A stretch of DNA of 64,000 bases, taken from Paraphysomonas bandaiensis. Lineage: Eukaryota > Protista > Chrysophyceae. The stretch is from contig CBFFRP010000406.1 of assembly GCA_965644295.1 (NCBI GenBank), forward strand, positions 62,001 to 126,000, read 5' to 3'. The notes beneath the pieces are model-generated. The model saw only the letters and a list, made by a program, of their open reading frames with translations, searched no databases and was not told where the DNA came from. Below, one piece after another: positions 13,915 to 30,038 of this stretch (its first letter is position 1; every line of letters begins with the position of its first letter). Made by a program: the position numbers and the translations under genes.

Positions 13915-14111
13915 GGACCCAAAGACATCTACACAAGCGACACCTATTGGTGTCCCTTGTACCACACAAGCATTCGGCTATGAGCGGGCAGAACATTATC
14001 TGCTGACTATATGCTTGCGGCTGACGTTAGTTTCCCAGAGAGAATCTCTCTGGTACTTATCCCCCAGAACACCACGAAAAGGTGCGAGTCCGACTTTGTT
14101 GAGGGGTGAAA

Positions 14112-14431
14112 TGTTAGAAATAGACATTTTTAGTAATAAGACCTTCGTTAACACTTATATGGAATATTATATAACTATGAGAGATACCATACTTCATTCA
14201 TTGACGTTCACCAACTCTTTCTATCTCTACTACACCAACCATTTCTAGTACGATCTTACATCGTCACTATCTTGTACAGTCAGTATATTTCAGTTTTATC
14301 ACTACAATGGCTATCATATTATTGGTTCTCAATCTACAGCTAGCTACTACTGTATTCTTTGAGTAACGGATATAATTCTAATATCTTGGAAACTACAGCT
14401 TTTAATTGCTCACAAACAGCAAAACTCAACA
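14112..14431. mobile_element. Solo LTR
   Basis: TGTTAG...CTCAACA termini (TG...CA), 320 bp, 5-bp TSD TGAAA (14107-14111 and 14432-14436). Weak resemblance to the copia LTR at 24915. Confidence 0.7.
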
Positions 14432-14912
14432 TGAAATGAATAAAGCCTGGGGTGAAATTTTTGACGATGGTCGGAAAAAGTTATATAACTACAGTATATG
14501 CACAATAATTATAACTATTTGAATTATTGTGCGACTATCGATCTAAGATGAGTGAAAACAACAATCCCAATAAATTTCAATTTATAATTAAGCAATTGGT
14601 ATGGATACACTGTTTTGCACCGCAGATGACCAGCCAGTGAAAAATTATGATCGCGATCCCGATAAATGGGTGAAAGCGAATAAATTTAACGCAATTATCA
14701 ATCAAATCAGCAAAAATCCCACTTCGTCATTACTTTAAGTTTGTCGTGATTTGTTTGCTTCCTCGTACCGAAAGCGATAACAATACTGCAGTAGTGTGTA
14801 ATATATCATGAATACTGCAACATTATCTCATCAAGCATGTTTGAAACCAAGCCATGCTGTTACAACTAACAACTCAACAAGCAAGTGTATACAATGTGAA
14901 TCTAATAGGCCA

Positions 14913-16484
14913 CTAGTTGCATCCCCACACACAAATAGTCTTGTCCACGGAGCCCGTAACAAGAATACTATTATTATTGGACGCAGCCAGCGACGTCACG
15001 AAATGTCCATGGGCCTCCGAAAGTGTTCTTATACACCTTCCCTCCTACGACACCGGTGAAATTTAAACACTGGCATTAAATCCATGCGTTAACGTACCTT
15101 GATGTCAAACACTCTCACACTCTTGTCATCGGAACAGCTGATGATGTATCTTCCAGTAGAGTGCAGTAAAACTCCCCGCACCCAATTTTCGTGAGAAGAA
15201 TAAACCGCCAAACAATGTGCCTTGAGGGGGTCCCAGAGACGTACAGTTCTGTCACGCGATCCACTTACCAGGTATACGGCGTCAGTCTGCATTATCGAAA
15301 TCCAATGAAAAGCATGTGAGCTACCCACCACACTACCCACCTTCTTTACCACACCAGTTGACTTCTCCTCCCCTTCTCCTTCTTGCTGCTTCCCCCCAAT
15401 TAAACTTACCAAAGCCGAGAAGTGAAGCGGTCCAATGGCCACGCTCTCGACCACATGCTCGTGGCCGCGGAGTGTCTGGAAGTTATACATGAGGATTGTT
15501 TACTCATATGTAATTCCCCACCTGTATGGCTGCACCAGTCTCTGCCCGCCATACAATTACATTATGATCACTGCTTCCACTAGCCACTAGAGCCCCGTCC
15601 ATACTTACTGTAACGCACTTAACCCACTCAGTGTGTCCCGATAACGTGCGAATGCAAAACCCTGAAGCGACCTCCCAACATCGTACGGTCTGATCTCTGG
15701 AACATGTATAGAGATGGTCGCCTGATGAAGAAAAGCAAACGCCAGAGAGGGTATGATCATGGCCACGCAGAGTTTTGGTGCACTGAAATGTGGTCATGTC
15801 CCATAGTTTGGCGCTCATGTCCGCGGAAACAGATGCAAGAACGGCCCCTGTCGAAGGAGAAAAAGTTAGTGCAGTAACCGCACCAGTGTGCCCCTTAAGA
15901 GTGCGCTCGTACTGAGCCGATTCATAATCCCACAACTTCACAGTACAGTCTTCCGACCCAGAGGCGACAAGGCTGTAGTGTATGGGCATTACGAATGACA
16001 TCCACAGATAGCGACAACATCACCTGTATACCGGATGGACAGTAACTGACACAACTGGCCCCCGATGTCCACTCAGAGATGAAAGAGACGGTCCTTTAGG
16101 AATCCCCTTAGAATCCTCTTTCCCACCGCCTGGACGAACTCTATTACTCTCTCCATCTAAGCGTGATCCGACTTTTGCCTCTAACTCTAACACCTGATGC
16201 AACAGAAGTTGAGGTTGCCAGCAATAATAGTTGACGAGCGGACCTTTTTCTGAAGTCGTATTACAGCAGTCCACTTCTTTTCCAGTATCCCTTTTCCACT
16301 GTCGCACGCTGCAGTATCGAGGACTGCCTCTTCAGAGAAGGCCGCTATACTCTTAGCGAATCTGTCGCCCTCAGACATCATGTACTCCAACATCGCCTGG
16401 TGCCTACACTGACAGTCAGAAAACAAATGTACCGCACGATTCTTCCACTCACAGCTCATGTTTCTGCTTGTCTGTCAACACCAT
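14913..16484 (-). CDS. LIS1: Lissencephaly-1 homologue (dynein regulator, LisH + WD40)
   Basis: N-terminal MVLTDKQKHEL, diagnostic GILEKKWTAVIRLQKKV, WD40 repeats, and C-terminal VTGSVDKTICVWGCN*. Multiple short introns. Confidence 0.93.
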
Positions 16485-17431
16485 CGCTTCAATATACAGT
16501 ATTATTAAACACCAGTCAGATCACTGATAAACAACTATTGCAAGGTGAGGTCAAGGGATACGGTGATAGTGGTGAACGATCAGACAGACCAAAGCCTCTG
16601 ATCAGCCCAGATATCCCTACTGAACTTGCAACAAGATAAATAAGAGAAGATTAATCTCCACTCTCGCTCATACTGAAGTACCACACCAGCCTATACACCC
16701 GCCATATATATGAATACAGTGCAGAGTACATCCACACTTCGTACTGTACAGCTGTACATACATACCTACCCACTGTACATACATACAGTTCATTCATACT
16801 GTACTTGCCTTCTGCTGTACTGTACCTACATACCTACAAATACGTTCACAGTATCTGCCCAGCAGTGGGTACGAAGTGGGTACAGGAGTATATCCCTCTA
16901 GAAATTGTTTTTTTTTAGAAATAAACACAAAAATATCTACTTTTATGATATGGTATTTATTTTTTTGGTGAGCAGCAGACTGCATGAACCCAATTGCAAG
17001 AACACTTCATCACACAGAAGAGTAGAGCGCTATCAAACACACACTGTTTAACAGATAAAAGGACAGCTAATCCCCAACTGAGATATTTGGACTGTTTGTT
17101 GAAGTTTGAAGCATCTATTATGAGGTGGTAATTGAGGCTGAGAGAGGAGGTGTCAGCTGATGTATCTTGATGACTCTGACCGCAGTGATGTCCTCACCTT
17201 GATGAATACATGTTATTGCGCCAAGTGCAGCATATGGACCTGTGGGTCTGCTTACATATCGTAGGAGAACTGGCGATAATGCTGCTCTGTACAGTGTATT
17301 CCAGGAATACGCTGCATTGCCCACTAAATTCCGAATCTTGGACTGCTAGCTGTCATCTTCGCGTGGGATCGAGGAGTGAACAATAATTCATTCTGTTAAA
17401 AGCACAATTTTATCAGTAAGTTTCCAAGCAA

Positions 17432-19162
17432 ATGAACTCTTCGAGTAATGACATTAGGAGTGACTATGAAGGCATTGAATGGAAGTCGGGTGCCATGAAG
17501 TTTTTATCGAACTCCAAGATATTTAGCATTGGTGACCTCAAAGAAATCAGTGCAAAGTTATCCCGCTCTCCTCCGGAAAGCACCAAAGCGAAGGTTATTG
17601 CACAAATTCTTGAAAAACTGATATTTCCCGATGATCTTCTGAGCAAACGAGAAGTGACTGTTGATAAAATAAGGTTGGCCGCTGTGGCGTACTTTGTTAT
17701 CTCAACGTAATGTTTGTAACACTTAGGCAGTACTTGAAAGTAGATGGGCGATATAGCGCTACTGAATTGAAGGACATGATAGTACAGCGGTGGTCGACTG
17801 AAGGGGTCCGAGTGCCTCAGACGCCAGACAATGGCGTGTCTTCGACTGCAACACAGAAGTTATACCACTGGAGAAAAATAACCAATTGTGTCACCAACGA
17901 AGCCCACTGCTCTGGTTGTATTGATGGAAAATGGGTTGACACTGGCTTTTTCCTGGACAGGGATCTGCACGAAGGAGATGAGATCGTTGATTCAAACAAT
18001 CAGATATACGTCCTCGGTTCCCGCGGCAATGCCTCCGATGAGACGGAGGACACTTTTGGGCCATGGCCGAGCAAAATGAAAGAGAATTTGAATTCTGGTA
18101 ACAAAGTTCTTCGCAATCTTCTTTCAGAGACCGTATCCAGTTTTCGTGCTCGTCTTACCACGGGTGTCTCGGGAAATACTTTGGACCATATGTCTACATT
18201 CAATCATATTTATGCAATGACAAAGACTATAAATGCGATTGAAATTCGGAAGGCAATACGAGCAAGTCTTGAGCTCAATGTAGTAAGACGCGTTTAAAAA
18301 AAATATGACTTACTTCTATATCAGGAAGGGGTTGCGTTGACAACCGATGTGGTTATTCAAGAAGCCATGCGACGTAACATTCCTGTTGAGCTGATTAATG
18401 CCGTCGAGGACGTGTACATCTTGAATGAGCAATTAAAGGAAGCTTCGTCTAAGGTGCACAATATTATTCATCTTAAAGATGATGGAAGTGTGCTAGAGCA
18501 GGCAATGATTGCGGAAGCGATCACAGGATCCGGCCAATCGACTATAGGCCCATCTGCGCTGTATAAAATGCGCCCACGTGCTCTTGCTGCCTGCGAAAAA
18601 CGTGCCGAACAGTGTCGATTGGAAAGAAAGCTTGAGAAAGAGAGTCAACGTTTGACTGAGGCTATTGGAGATAGAGAAGAGAGAGAGGCTATGCGGCAAA
18701 AAGATGCGCGTCGACATTACCTGGCCATCAAGAACAGTCTTCGCCGAAACAAGCTTCTCCTTCATAGGCTGGATGGTGCGTGTGTTTTTCTCTGTATATT
18801 GAATATGTCGGTGACTTTCAATCGTACATTACAATGCAGTGGACAGAATAAATGCAGAAGATGAGATGAATAACCTTTTGAATGAGCGCCAAGCTGTTCG
18901 CAGGAGGATGGCGACCACGATAGAAGAAACGGGAGAGTTTGACCAAGAAGATAAGGAAGAGGAGACCACCACGTCCACTTTGATAATTGACCTGAAACAG
19001 AAACTTTCAGTTATAATGCTGCAAAAGGAGGAGCTGAAAGGTGCTATTGCGGCTGATGAAGCATCTTTGACTAAAACTGAGAAAGTAATGAACGGAACGA
19101 TTTCAAAGAATGCTGGTGGTGAGGAGTGTACAGCGAGTAAAAAAAAGAGGAAACGTGACTGA
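17432..19162 (+). CDS. Hypothetical multi-exon protein with a C-terminal coiled coil and basic NLS-like tail
   Basis: Four consecutive same-strand ORFs separated by intron-sized gaps, ending in KKKRKRD*. No known family recognised. Confidence 0.5.
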
Positions 19163-20737
19163 TAGAATGTGATCATCACTTCGGTTATGTGATGGTATTG
19201 TCATGAGAGAAATACGTTAAATGTCGTTCGAGTTGGTAAAATGAATCATGTATTGGAACACTGAGACGAATCCGTACTAGATTAATAATACGATACAAAC
19301 AAAGCACAATTATAATGTAAGACCTGACAGATCGTTGTACTGAAAAATATGATTGGAGGGAGGGGAAACCGCCAATTTTGAATAGAATTATTAGATGACT
19401 ATTGTCCAGAATCGAATAGTGTGTGATGTAAAGATACACCATACCATTACAAATTATTATTTAGTTAAAGCAGTTGAAGATAAAAAAGCATTATTATCGT
19501 ACATCGCACATGTCCGATGACTGGAAATCTAGCCTTCACACTTCCTTCTTGGGATATTCCCCTATTATGTGACAAGCATTTGGACTATACTGGCAGCAAT
19601 AGAGATGTGTCAATTCTATGACATTCCGTTGTATACACAAAGTGCAACATCCGCGATTTTGCACTATTCGAAAGTGAATTCGGTGAGTGTCTACGTTCTA
19701 CTACGCTGTTGCTCCACGCAACGCAATTGACGCCGATAATAAACTGGTCGAATGGCAACAAAGGCTACATGTCGAAAAAAATTGACTGGTGTATACCACC
19801 ATTTACCGTGTGTTTAAGACCAATACATCTGGTCAAGCGAAACATGAATTTAAGATTTAAATGTATTAGGCTAAACCTTTTCTATGCTTACTCCAGATTT
19901 TCATTGAACTAAACACCTGATTTTAAATGTAATTAATCACTCGTGACGTAATATACTTCATAGTGCAGCTGCAAGTCTGAAGGATTACTAACAATTCTAT
20001 GAGTGGTCTACCTGTGTCGTATATAGCCATATCGACACACGACATACGAGTTTCTCGTACTGCGATTCCAGTGTAATATATTTCCGTAGTGGAAGAAATA
20101 ATATTTTCAAACTTTCCGTGGGTGTGATAGCATCTTCTCAATGATAAGTACTGTATGTATCGCGGGGTGTGTATGTGTATGTATGTGAGGGGGTCTGTAG
20201 CTCTAGTAACAGTCACCATCACATACATAAAAGAACACGCATCACTTCAGTAGGAATGATGAAGGGAACATAACAGTCAAGATGATATTCATCGGCTTCT
20301 GGTGTAGATATCTCTCCCTCATGCTCTCATGGCACTGCTGATAGTGATAGTTACATGAACATACACATATATACAAGCATCGCACTACAGCTGTATACCG
20401 GTATACCCCGAGTTGAAAATACACCACAATGGAGGGAATTCGCAGCATTTTTTTTGTGTTCTGCTGTCACTCTGTACATGACGAACGCCTCTCGTGTCTT
20501 GTTTTTCTTGTGGGGTGATGTACACACAACAGCACCACAGCAGCAGTCTGTATGTGTGAGTGTGAGTGTGTTACAGAGCACAGTATGCTCCATACCACAT
20601 ACTCGACCAGAAGACTGGCAGCAGACATATACATTAACCACTTCAATTATCACTGTCAACTGGTTCGATATTGAGGACCTGCTATGATTATCTAATTCTT
20701 GAAGACCCACTAATCGTATTTTCTTCTATTTAGCGGG

Positions 20738-23610
<2,873 letters not shown>

Positions 23611-24083
23611 AGTTTCAGCAGTAGATAGCATGTTCAGTGTAATATTGCTTTACGCAGAGACTCTCAGCACATACGGATCAATGTAATCATAAATCGTATA
23701 AATTTCATGATACTACAGAAAATAGTGATGCAGTTATTGAGTACATTTTCAATGTAATGCATAGCTATACGCTTGTCCACGTTTATACTTCATACAGCAT
23801 TGGCCGTAGCAGTGCACATGAGAAACGAGAAACACGAACAGCATTCGACGCAGTACGGCAGGAATAAAAAATAGTTCATTTGTCTGTAATTATAGTAATC
23901 TACACGGATTACTATTGCTATACCCGGCTATCAGTCTACAATGGGCCTTCTTGTAGCATGTGTAGTATACATTATTATACCTGCATGCATATACGAATTC
24001 AATAAACTTTATTCTGGATTACTTCAGAACAAATTACAAATAGCCAACATGCTCCCATGTCACTTGTCACTATTATTCCATTC

Positions 24084-24588
24084 TTGTTGTGAATGCCTTA
24101 CTATTAGCAATAGGCGTTTAAAAGTCAGAACTAATGTAGCAAAACAATTTAGCATTACAATTTAACTAACTAGTGCTTATCTCTGATATCCTACTATTTA
24201 AAGCTACGAAAGCTGCTTGTGCGTCACCGCAAGCACCAAGGTGCAACCACCTCGGTCTATCGCTCAAAGCAAATGCAGTGAGCAAGCATAATGTTGATAT
24301 ATACCTGACATCCGCCGTCCTTAAGGTGAACAACCCAGATGTTTGACTTTATTAGCCCGGATGCCTTTGAGGTGGGTCACTCCCCGATGCCTGTTTATTC
24401 GCCAAGGCCCAAAGATGTCTACACAAGTGACTCTAATATATTAGAGTCCCTTGTACCACACAAGCATTAAACTATGAGTGCGCAGAATATCATCTGCTGG
24501 CAATATATGCGGAGAAATATCAGAACAGTGAGACGGTACTTATCCCCCGGAATACCACGTAAAGGTGCGAGTCCGACTTTGTTGAGGG
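24084..24588 (-). mobile_element. SINE-like retroelement copy B (uninterrupted, ~505 bp)
   Basis: Head CCCTCAACAAAGTCGGACTCGCACC... and tail ...GTGGTTGCACCTTGGTGCTTGCGG...CCTATTGCTAATAG shared with copies A, C and D. No TSD recognised. Confidence 0.8.
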
Positions 24589-24914
24589 TAGTAGCAAGTA
24601 GCATATATAAATTAATGATATATGATATGAGAGTTAAGTTTAGAAAACTGAAATATTTGGACTCTATAATTTATTAGAGCGTATCCATCTTAGATCTGAT
24701 ATTATTGAATGGTCGTCGAGAGATTACAATCGTAGCGAATATCTATGAATGATGAGAGATGTGGATTATAATTTCAGCAATTGAGTCTTGAGTTCAGTTA
24801 ATTAAGTTTAAGCATATCCACAAAGTCAGTTCTTGATAAATCAACTGCTAAGTGCTGCGATTTAATAAATCATTCAAGATATGTTATGAAAAAATCGAGT
24901 GATTAGGTGTTATC

Positions 24915-25207
24915 TGTTGGGAAATGCTCATTTTACTTAGATCAAAGAGAGATTAAGTTGTTAGACTAGATAGATTTATTAATATCGTTTACACAAATTG
25001 TGTTAAACAACACAAGCTCGTTTTGTGCCATGCATAAATCACTACTTCTGTAGACCTTTCGCTACTAAACATATCTTGAAAGAGCAAACTATTTCAGTTT
25101 TCTCAATATCATAACAGCATCTACACATCACCATACTTCACTGTATTCTCGTACATTGTCTTCAAGTACCACATTGAATATACTAGGATACAGTCCATAT
25201 TCTAATA
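24915..25207 (-). repeat. 3' LTR of the copia element
   Basis: Direct repeat of 30022-30314. Confidence 0.95.
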
Positions 25208-25380
25208 CTCCCACTCAATGTAGAATGCAGTGATACGAAACAACAATGAGTACAGTGATCTTCATGCTATAAACTAGTCTCATAGGTAAAATAGATGTGA
25301 AATCTTATCAAGATACATATATAACTAGCAGTCAACTAGATATATAGTTATGTGGGATTCTCACCCACTAAAACACACCT

Positions 25381-28300
25381 TTAACCTCTTCGGGGTCGCT
25401 TCTTCTGCTGCTCCTCAACTCTGGTTGACACACTTCTCTTAACCCCGGTAATAGTTTTCTCATGACGACTGAAAAGTTTCGTTGACAATGCCTTCGTGAA
25501 AATATCAGCCGCCATATCATCCGTCGACACATGAATCAACTTTGCCGTAGGAAATTTTCCATTTACATGCTCTCTCACCCAGTGATACTTGATGTCTATA
25601 TGCTTCGACCTCTTATGATACACAGGATTCTCGGAGAGATCTTTCGCACTCTTGCTATCCATAAAGAATGGAGTCGGCTTCGCAACTAAGAGCCCGAGCT
25701 CCTTGAACACCCCCGAAGCCACACCAGTTCTTGCATAGCCGCATACTCCGCCATATATTCAGATTCCATGCTCGAAGTTGCAACTGTGGTCTGTAGTTTA
25801 GACTGCCAGGCCAATGCGCCTGCACATAAGAACACAATGTATCCTGTTGTCGATCGCCGAGTCAGTCTATCACCAGCCCAATCTGAATCACTGAACACAT
25901 GTAAGTCGAACTCACTCCCACTGAATCTGATGCCCTCATCAATTGTTCCACGCAAATATTTCAATAAGTGAATCGCCAGTTTGCACGATGCATATGTCGG
26001 ACAACTACTAAATCGAGACAATAACCCCACTGCATAAGCCAGATCAGGTCTAGTATGCATTGCTAGATACAACACTGCTCCAATAATTTGCCGATACGGA
26101 AATGAGTCAACCCACTGCTTCTGCTCCTCCGTAAGTTCACGTTCCTCTGCCAACAGATCCTGAACATTAGTAGGTAGTGGGGCCTCCTTATTCTTACTAC
26201 TCTTTCCCATAACTGAGCTGAATTTCTTGATAATATTCTTAGCATACTCAGATTGATCTAACATATACCAATTTTCTCCTCTGGTTATCCTGATGTTCAG
26301 AAATCGCTTACACACTCCCAGATCATGCATCTCGAATGTTTCACAGAACCTACGCTTTACGCTTTCCAAGTAAGTCAGATCAGCGGATGCAATTATGATA
26401 TCATCAACATATATCAATAATAAATGCAGTTTTCCGTTACTCCATCGCATATACAAACACGTATCCAAAATACACGGAGTAAAATGCAATGATTTAATAA
26501 ACTTGTCAATATGTTTATTCCACTGTCGCGGTGAAGATCGCAGTCCATACAATGCCTTGATTAGTTGAAAACACCATCCAGCTAGTAATTCCTCATCTGG
26601 TGGAGGTGCCATATACACGTCATCCTCCAGATCTGCATAGCAAAATGCGGATGATACATCTAATTGATGCACATGCATCTGTAACATAAACGCAATCGCT
26701 AACACTAGTCTAATGGTTATACCCTTAACCACTGGAGCGAAAGTGGACGGCTCCTCCTCCTTCTTCTCTTGGAGATTTCCTAATGCCACTAGCCGAGCCT
26801 TGTACTTTACTATATTCCCTAGTATGTCTCGCTTCACCGTATGCACATATTTCGCTCTAACTAATTTCACTCCGCTTGGAATTTTCACGATCTTCAAGAC
26901 ACGTCTTTTCAGCAATGATGTCTTCTCCACCATTCGAGCTTTTCTCCATTGTTGATACTGTGGAGATCTCTCTGCCTCGGCATATGAATTTGGTATCTTG
27001 ATATCTTCTGTCTCTGCATGGTTAAGATCAATATTATGCGCATCCGGTACTTCAACCATATTAATCTCTCCTAAAACTGACGCGTTTGCCAGTCTCCGCT
27101 GCAGCCGTTTGCGTCGGACCCGACCATCACCATCTAGTTCAATCGGTCGACGAGGTATATAAGAACCCATACCTTGCTCATCCTGAGCACGCACATCGTG
27201 CGTTGTGGGAGGAGCCCCGCTCACAACCCCAGACTCATAGTCTTCAGAGGTCTGCAACCTCACAGCTGTCTCCTGACAGGTTGGGTCAGGACTCTCCTGT
27301 AACCCTCCAGGTCTTCCCTGGTCCAGCACCCTGGCTGGCATAGTACTCAGGGCGTCCCCCTTTCCTATATATCCGGTATTCCCGGGAGTTTCTGCAGTCA
27401 TTCGCACTACGTCCTCGACGTGAATCGGCACCCGGTGCTCGATATGCTTCCGACCTGCAGTTACCAGAGATCGATAGGCTACTATTACCCCCTTTCGTTC
27501 TACTACTCTCGTGGTCTTGTAGAGAAGACCATCCTCATCATCAATATGATATGTACCTTCTAAGCCCGCATAGTCAGACACAATTTTCGGTCTCTCGGCC
27601 TCCTTCACTCGAAGAGCATCTATCTCAGCGAAATAGCTCTCCGAGCGTGACGGTATGGACTCATCAGTTAATACCTTTTCATCTGAATATCCTATCAGAT
27701 ATCCGATAAGGGCCTTGTCGTCCCAGTCTTTCCGTCGATCCGCCTTTGTAGTGAGGACATACGCACGACACCCCCATACTCTGAGATATTTCAGGTTGGG
27801 AGCCTCACCAGTCAAAAATTCAAGAGGGGACATATACCCCTTCGCTGTCTTTGTAGGCAATCGAATTAATATGTACCTGGCTGCCATGTAGGCATCTAGC
27901 CAAAACTGTGAAGGCAATCCTGACTGAATCAGCATCGCTAATGTCATCTCACCACAGGTCCTGAATTTCCGCTCCTCAATCGCGTTCATCTCAGGAGAGT
28001 CCGTAGAGCTCCACGTATGTTGATAGCAACCCTGTGACCTAAGATATTGTCGCAGCTCATCACATATTAGCTCCCCTGCTCCATCTGCATGGTAATGATG
28101 CATTTCTAATTTGTACCTTTTCACATCTCCTTCAAAAATCTTCTTGAAAACCTGCAGTACCGATGACCCAGTCCTATGAACAAGCCCTTCCGACCAGAAC
28201 ATCCGACTGGCATGGTGTGTTAGTTTGAGCACATATATTTCCCCTCCTCGAGCTGGACAATTTAAGTATACTGCTATATCGGCCGAGAAATTTGGACGAA

Positions 28301-30038
28301 CGGAGTCCTCATCCTTTGTCCGAAAACTTACTCTGGTGATCTTCGCCCTGGCGCATACATCACATAGACACTGTTCTTTGGAAACACGTTTCGAGAGATG
28401 TTTTCGTTTCAGTCCAGTCCCAATAATTAGCATTCTTTTGTGGGCTTCTACCAACGCATGCTTGTTAAAATGACCCGCTCTCCTATGTAACAGCTCCAGT
28501 TCATCCTCACCCGTACGGTCACTGAGATTTACTTCTGAATCACTGGATGTCGATACGTCTGGAAGCTCCAATAACTGCTGTGTTGGCACAGCAGTCATTC
28601 CATTCTTCATAGGTCCCTCCAACACCAGCTCATCCGTATTTCTGTCATATATCTGTATACCATACCATACAGTAAATCGATATCCCATATCGTTCAACTT
28701 CCGTCCAGAACAAAGACACCGATTTATCTGACTTGATACCTCAATGTTCTTCCATGCTCCACGGGAACCTACACTCGTGACGCATATCTCTGACCCTTTT
28801 TTCGAACCATTAATAACCTTTGATGTGTGCATATGACTATCAAGTATATTCACATCATTTATCAAAAACATTGATGACGAACAACAGGTATCAATGTATG
28901 TATAGTGAATATCCTCATGCACACTACTGCATATATTCGTCTCATACACATTACATGACAAATGATACTCTTCCTGTTGCTCGATCATATTTGCTTCGTC
29001 TTCGTCAGACAAATCCGCTGGCTCTCCACGCCTGATGTTTTCAACTGTAAGTAGTCTTTTGTCTGGTTTCCTTCCATCTTGAAACCTCACAGCCTTGCTC
29101 TTGCTTTGCGAGTACTTCTTTTTCGATGCTGGACAATCGATGGCAAGATGTTCCTTTGACTTACAATTTCTGCACCCAGTATATTCGGCACTTCCAGGTC
29201 GCTGCCCTGTAATCTCTGTATCCTTCTTCATCGGCTTCTTCTTACCGTTGTTCTTCTTACGATGATCCCTCTCTCTGCGATATCGTTTCTTACTGTCTAT
29301 CAGGTTCAGCTCCTCCACTCTTTTACGCTTCTTCTCCAACGCTTCCTTCCCAGCCATAGTATCATCATAGCCTTCTATCTTACGTGATACAGTTACATAA
29401 TTAACATCATCATCCATCAAGTATAATCCAACTCTCAGTTGAGCATACTCTTCATTGAGCAAGCCTTCTCGTAGTCGACTTGTTTTTGATACCTCCGAGA
29501 TATCCTGCTGCTGCTCCTGTAGTTCCTTCAGCAGTAGTTCGAACCGTAGTACGTAGTCCTTCGCCGTCTCCTCCGGACGCATACGGAAAGAACCATATTG
29601 AGTTAAGAGGTCACTGATCCTATTTTGCTTCCCTCCAGCAAAACACTTCTTCAACTCATCAATCATTACATGTGTTTTGAACCTGTTTACACCACTCCCT
29701 TCTGCCTTGAACGCTTTGTGGGTAAGATGGAATTTACGCAGCGCTTTCGGGGAATGCTGCACCGCATCCCTGCAGTAAGAATAAGCTATGGCGTTCGCCT
29801 TCCAATACCTCTTCACAGCCTGTCTGTACGCCTTCTCCTCCATCAACGTAAGTGGCTGCTCCCCGAAGTCGCTCTCCTTAGGTGGCAGTTCCACCGCTAC
29901 CTCGCTTTGTTCCTTCCTCATAAGGAATGTCTCGAAGTCCTCAATCCATTGTTCAACGTTAGTCTCGTTGAACTGAGGAACTACTCCTCTATCCTCCTTC
30001 TCTCCTCCTCGCTCGCTACCATGTTGGGAAATGCTCAT
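25381..30038 (-). CDS. Copia gag-pol polyprotein (Gag, protease, integrase, RT, RNase H), frameshifted in RNase H
   Basis: CCHC knuckle CRNCKSKEHLAIDC, protease YIDTCCS, integrase HHCC and D-D-E core, RT YVDD, RNase H DSDWAG and HKRSKHIDIKYH...ADIFTK. The frame changes in a G5 run near 25712. Confidence 0.95.

Larger units (their letters stand above)
11934..14104 (-). mobile_element. SINE-like retroelement copy A (~0.5 kb), interrupted by a hAT element
   Basis: Parts 11934-12236 and 13915-14104 are colinear with the uninterrupted copy at 24084-24588. 13-bp TSD GGTGAAATGAATA at 11921-11933, with the second copy at 14105-14111 plus 14437-14442 split by a solo LTR. Confidence 0.8.
11898..14470 (+). 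mobile_element. End of a TIR element (family A, AAGTCGA-GT-AT...) that hosts the nested insertions
   Basis: AAGTCGAGGTAATACCAATACCTGG matches the terminus at 40047. After removing the inserts it reads on into AAGCCTGGGGTGAAATTTTTG (~14443-14463), like the subterminal sequence at 41136 and 62118. Confidence 0.55.

Noticed and set aside
24180-24215. CTGAT...GAAA suggesting a hammerhead ribozyme
   Set aside because: The core reads CTGATAT rather than CTGANGA, and stems II and III cannot be formed.
24563-24576. GGTGCGAGTCC resembling a tRNA B box
   Set aside because: It is antisense to the orientation set by the 3' tail, with no A box or cloverleaf. Not fully excluded.
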